Positions 31,523 to 32,000 of a stretch of DNA of 32,000 bases are shown piece by piece (within the stretch, counting starts at the first letter, position 1; the number at the start of each line of letters is the position of its first letter). This DNA comes from Pseudomonas aeruginosa (GTDB lineage Bacteria; Pseudomonadota; Gammaproteobacteria; Pseudomonadales; Pseudomonadaceae), in the NCBI RefSeq assembly GCF_001457615.1, contig NZ_LN831024.1, positions 960,001-992,000 of the forward strand, written 5' to 3'. Below the pieces are notes generated by a model. The model was not told the origin of the DNA and made no database searches. It worked only from the letters and a program-made list of their open reading frames with translations. The translations under genes and the position numbers were made by a program.

Positions 31523-32000
31523 ATGAGCGGTCCGGAACGCATTACCCTGGCGATGACCGGCGCCTCCGGCGCCCAGTACGGCCTGCGCTTGCTCGATTGC
31601 CTGGTGCAGGAAGAGCGCGAGGTGCACTTCCTGATCTCCAAGGCCGCGCAACTGGTGATGGCCACCGAGACCGACGTGGCCTTGCCGGCCAAGCCGCAGG
31701 CGATGCAGGCCTTCCTCACCGAATATTGCGGTGCCGCCGCCGGACAGATCCGCGTGTTCGGCCAGAACGACTGGATGGCGCCGCCGGCCTCCGGCTCCAG
31801 CGCGCCCAATGCCATGGTGATCTGCCCGTGTTCCACCGGCACCCTGTCGGCGGTCGCCACGGGGGCCTGCAACAACCTCATCGAGCGCGCCGCCGATGTC
31901 GCCCTGAAGGAGCGCCGGCCGCTGGTGCTGGTGCCGCGCGAGGCGCCGTTCTCCAGTATCCACCTGGAAAACATGCTCAAGCTGTCCAACCTCGGCGCGG
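31523..32000 (+). CDS. ubiX: Flavin prenyltransferase UbiX (3' truncated by window edge)
   Basis: ATG at 31523, MSGPERITLAMTGASGAQYGLRLLDCLV...SAPNAMVICPCSTGTLSAVATGACNNLIERAADVALKERRPLVLVPREAPFSSIHLENMLKL; no in-window stop, so absent from the ORF track. Confidence 0.97.
   Translation, partial: MSGPERITLAMTGASGAQYGLRLLDCLVQEEREVHFLISKAAQLVMATETDVALPAKPQAMQAFLTEYCGAAAGQIRVFGQNDWMAPPASGSSAPNAMVICPCSTGTLSAVATGACNNLIERAADVALKERRPLVLVPREAPFSSIHLENMLKLSNLGA

Overview
This 32 kb window is GC-rich Pseudomonas chromosome. Gene content and order match my recollection of the P. aeruginosa PAO1 region around PA4047 to PA4019, but no database was searched. It looks like core genome: I see no CRISPR array, tRNA/rRNA, integrase, transposase or toxin/antiphage island. 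From left to right it holds: the 3' end of ribA; a membrane protein; a BtuF-like binding protein; a convergent dxs-ispA-xseB cluster; an enolase-superfamily protein; a GldA/F/G + DUF4340 ABC transport operon; a CHASE2 histidine kinase with a FecR-domain protein; aqpZ; mucE (C-terminal ...WVF); an orphan OmpR-type regulator; ppa; an MtfA-like peptidase; a DedA protein; a degenerate PP2C-like/kinase-like fusion; a SBP_3 protein; a GNAT; an ethanolamine catabolic cluster (eutC, eutB, permease, aldehyde dehydrogenase, divergent sigma-54 activator); mpl; and the 5' part of ubiX. The items most worth a second look are: (1) a candidate ~108-nt small RNA on the minus strand at 6054-6161; (2) the fused phosphatase-like/kinase-like protein at 19226-20809, which appears to lack catalytic motifs in both halves; (3) the CHASE2 kinase, FecR protein and orphan response regulator arranged around aqpZ/mucE; (4) two good sigma-54 promoter matches (GG-N10-GC) in front of the ethanolamine permease and aldehyde dehydrogenase genes, with inverted repeats in the divergent regulator gap; (5) related palindromes and repeats around aqpZ/mucE. 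None of these is proven to be a new system.
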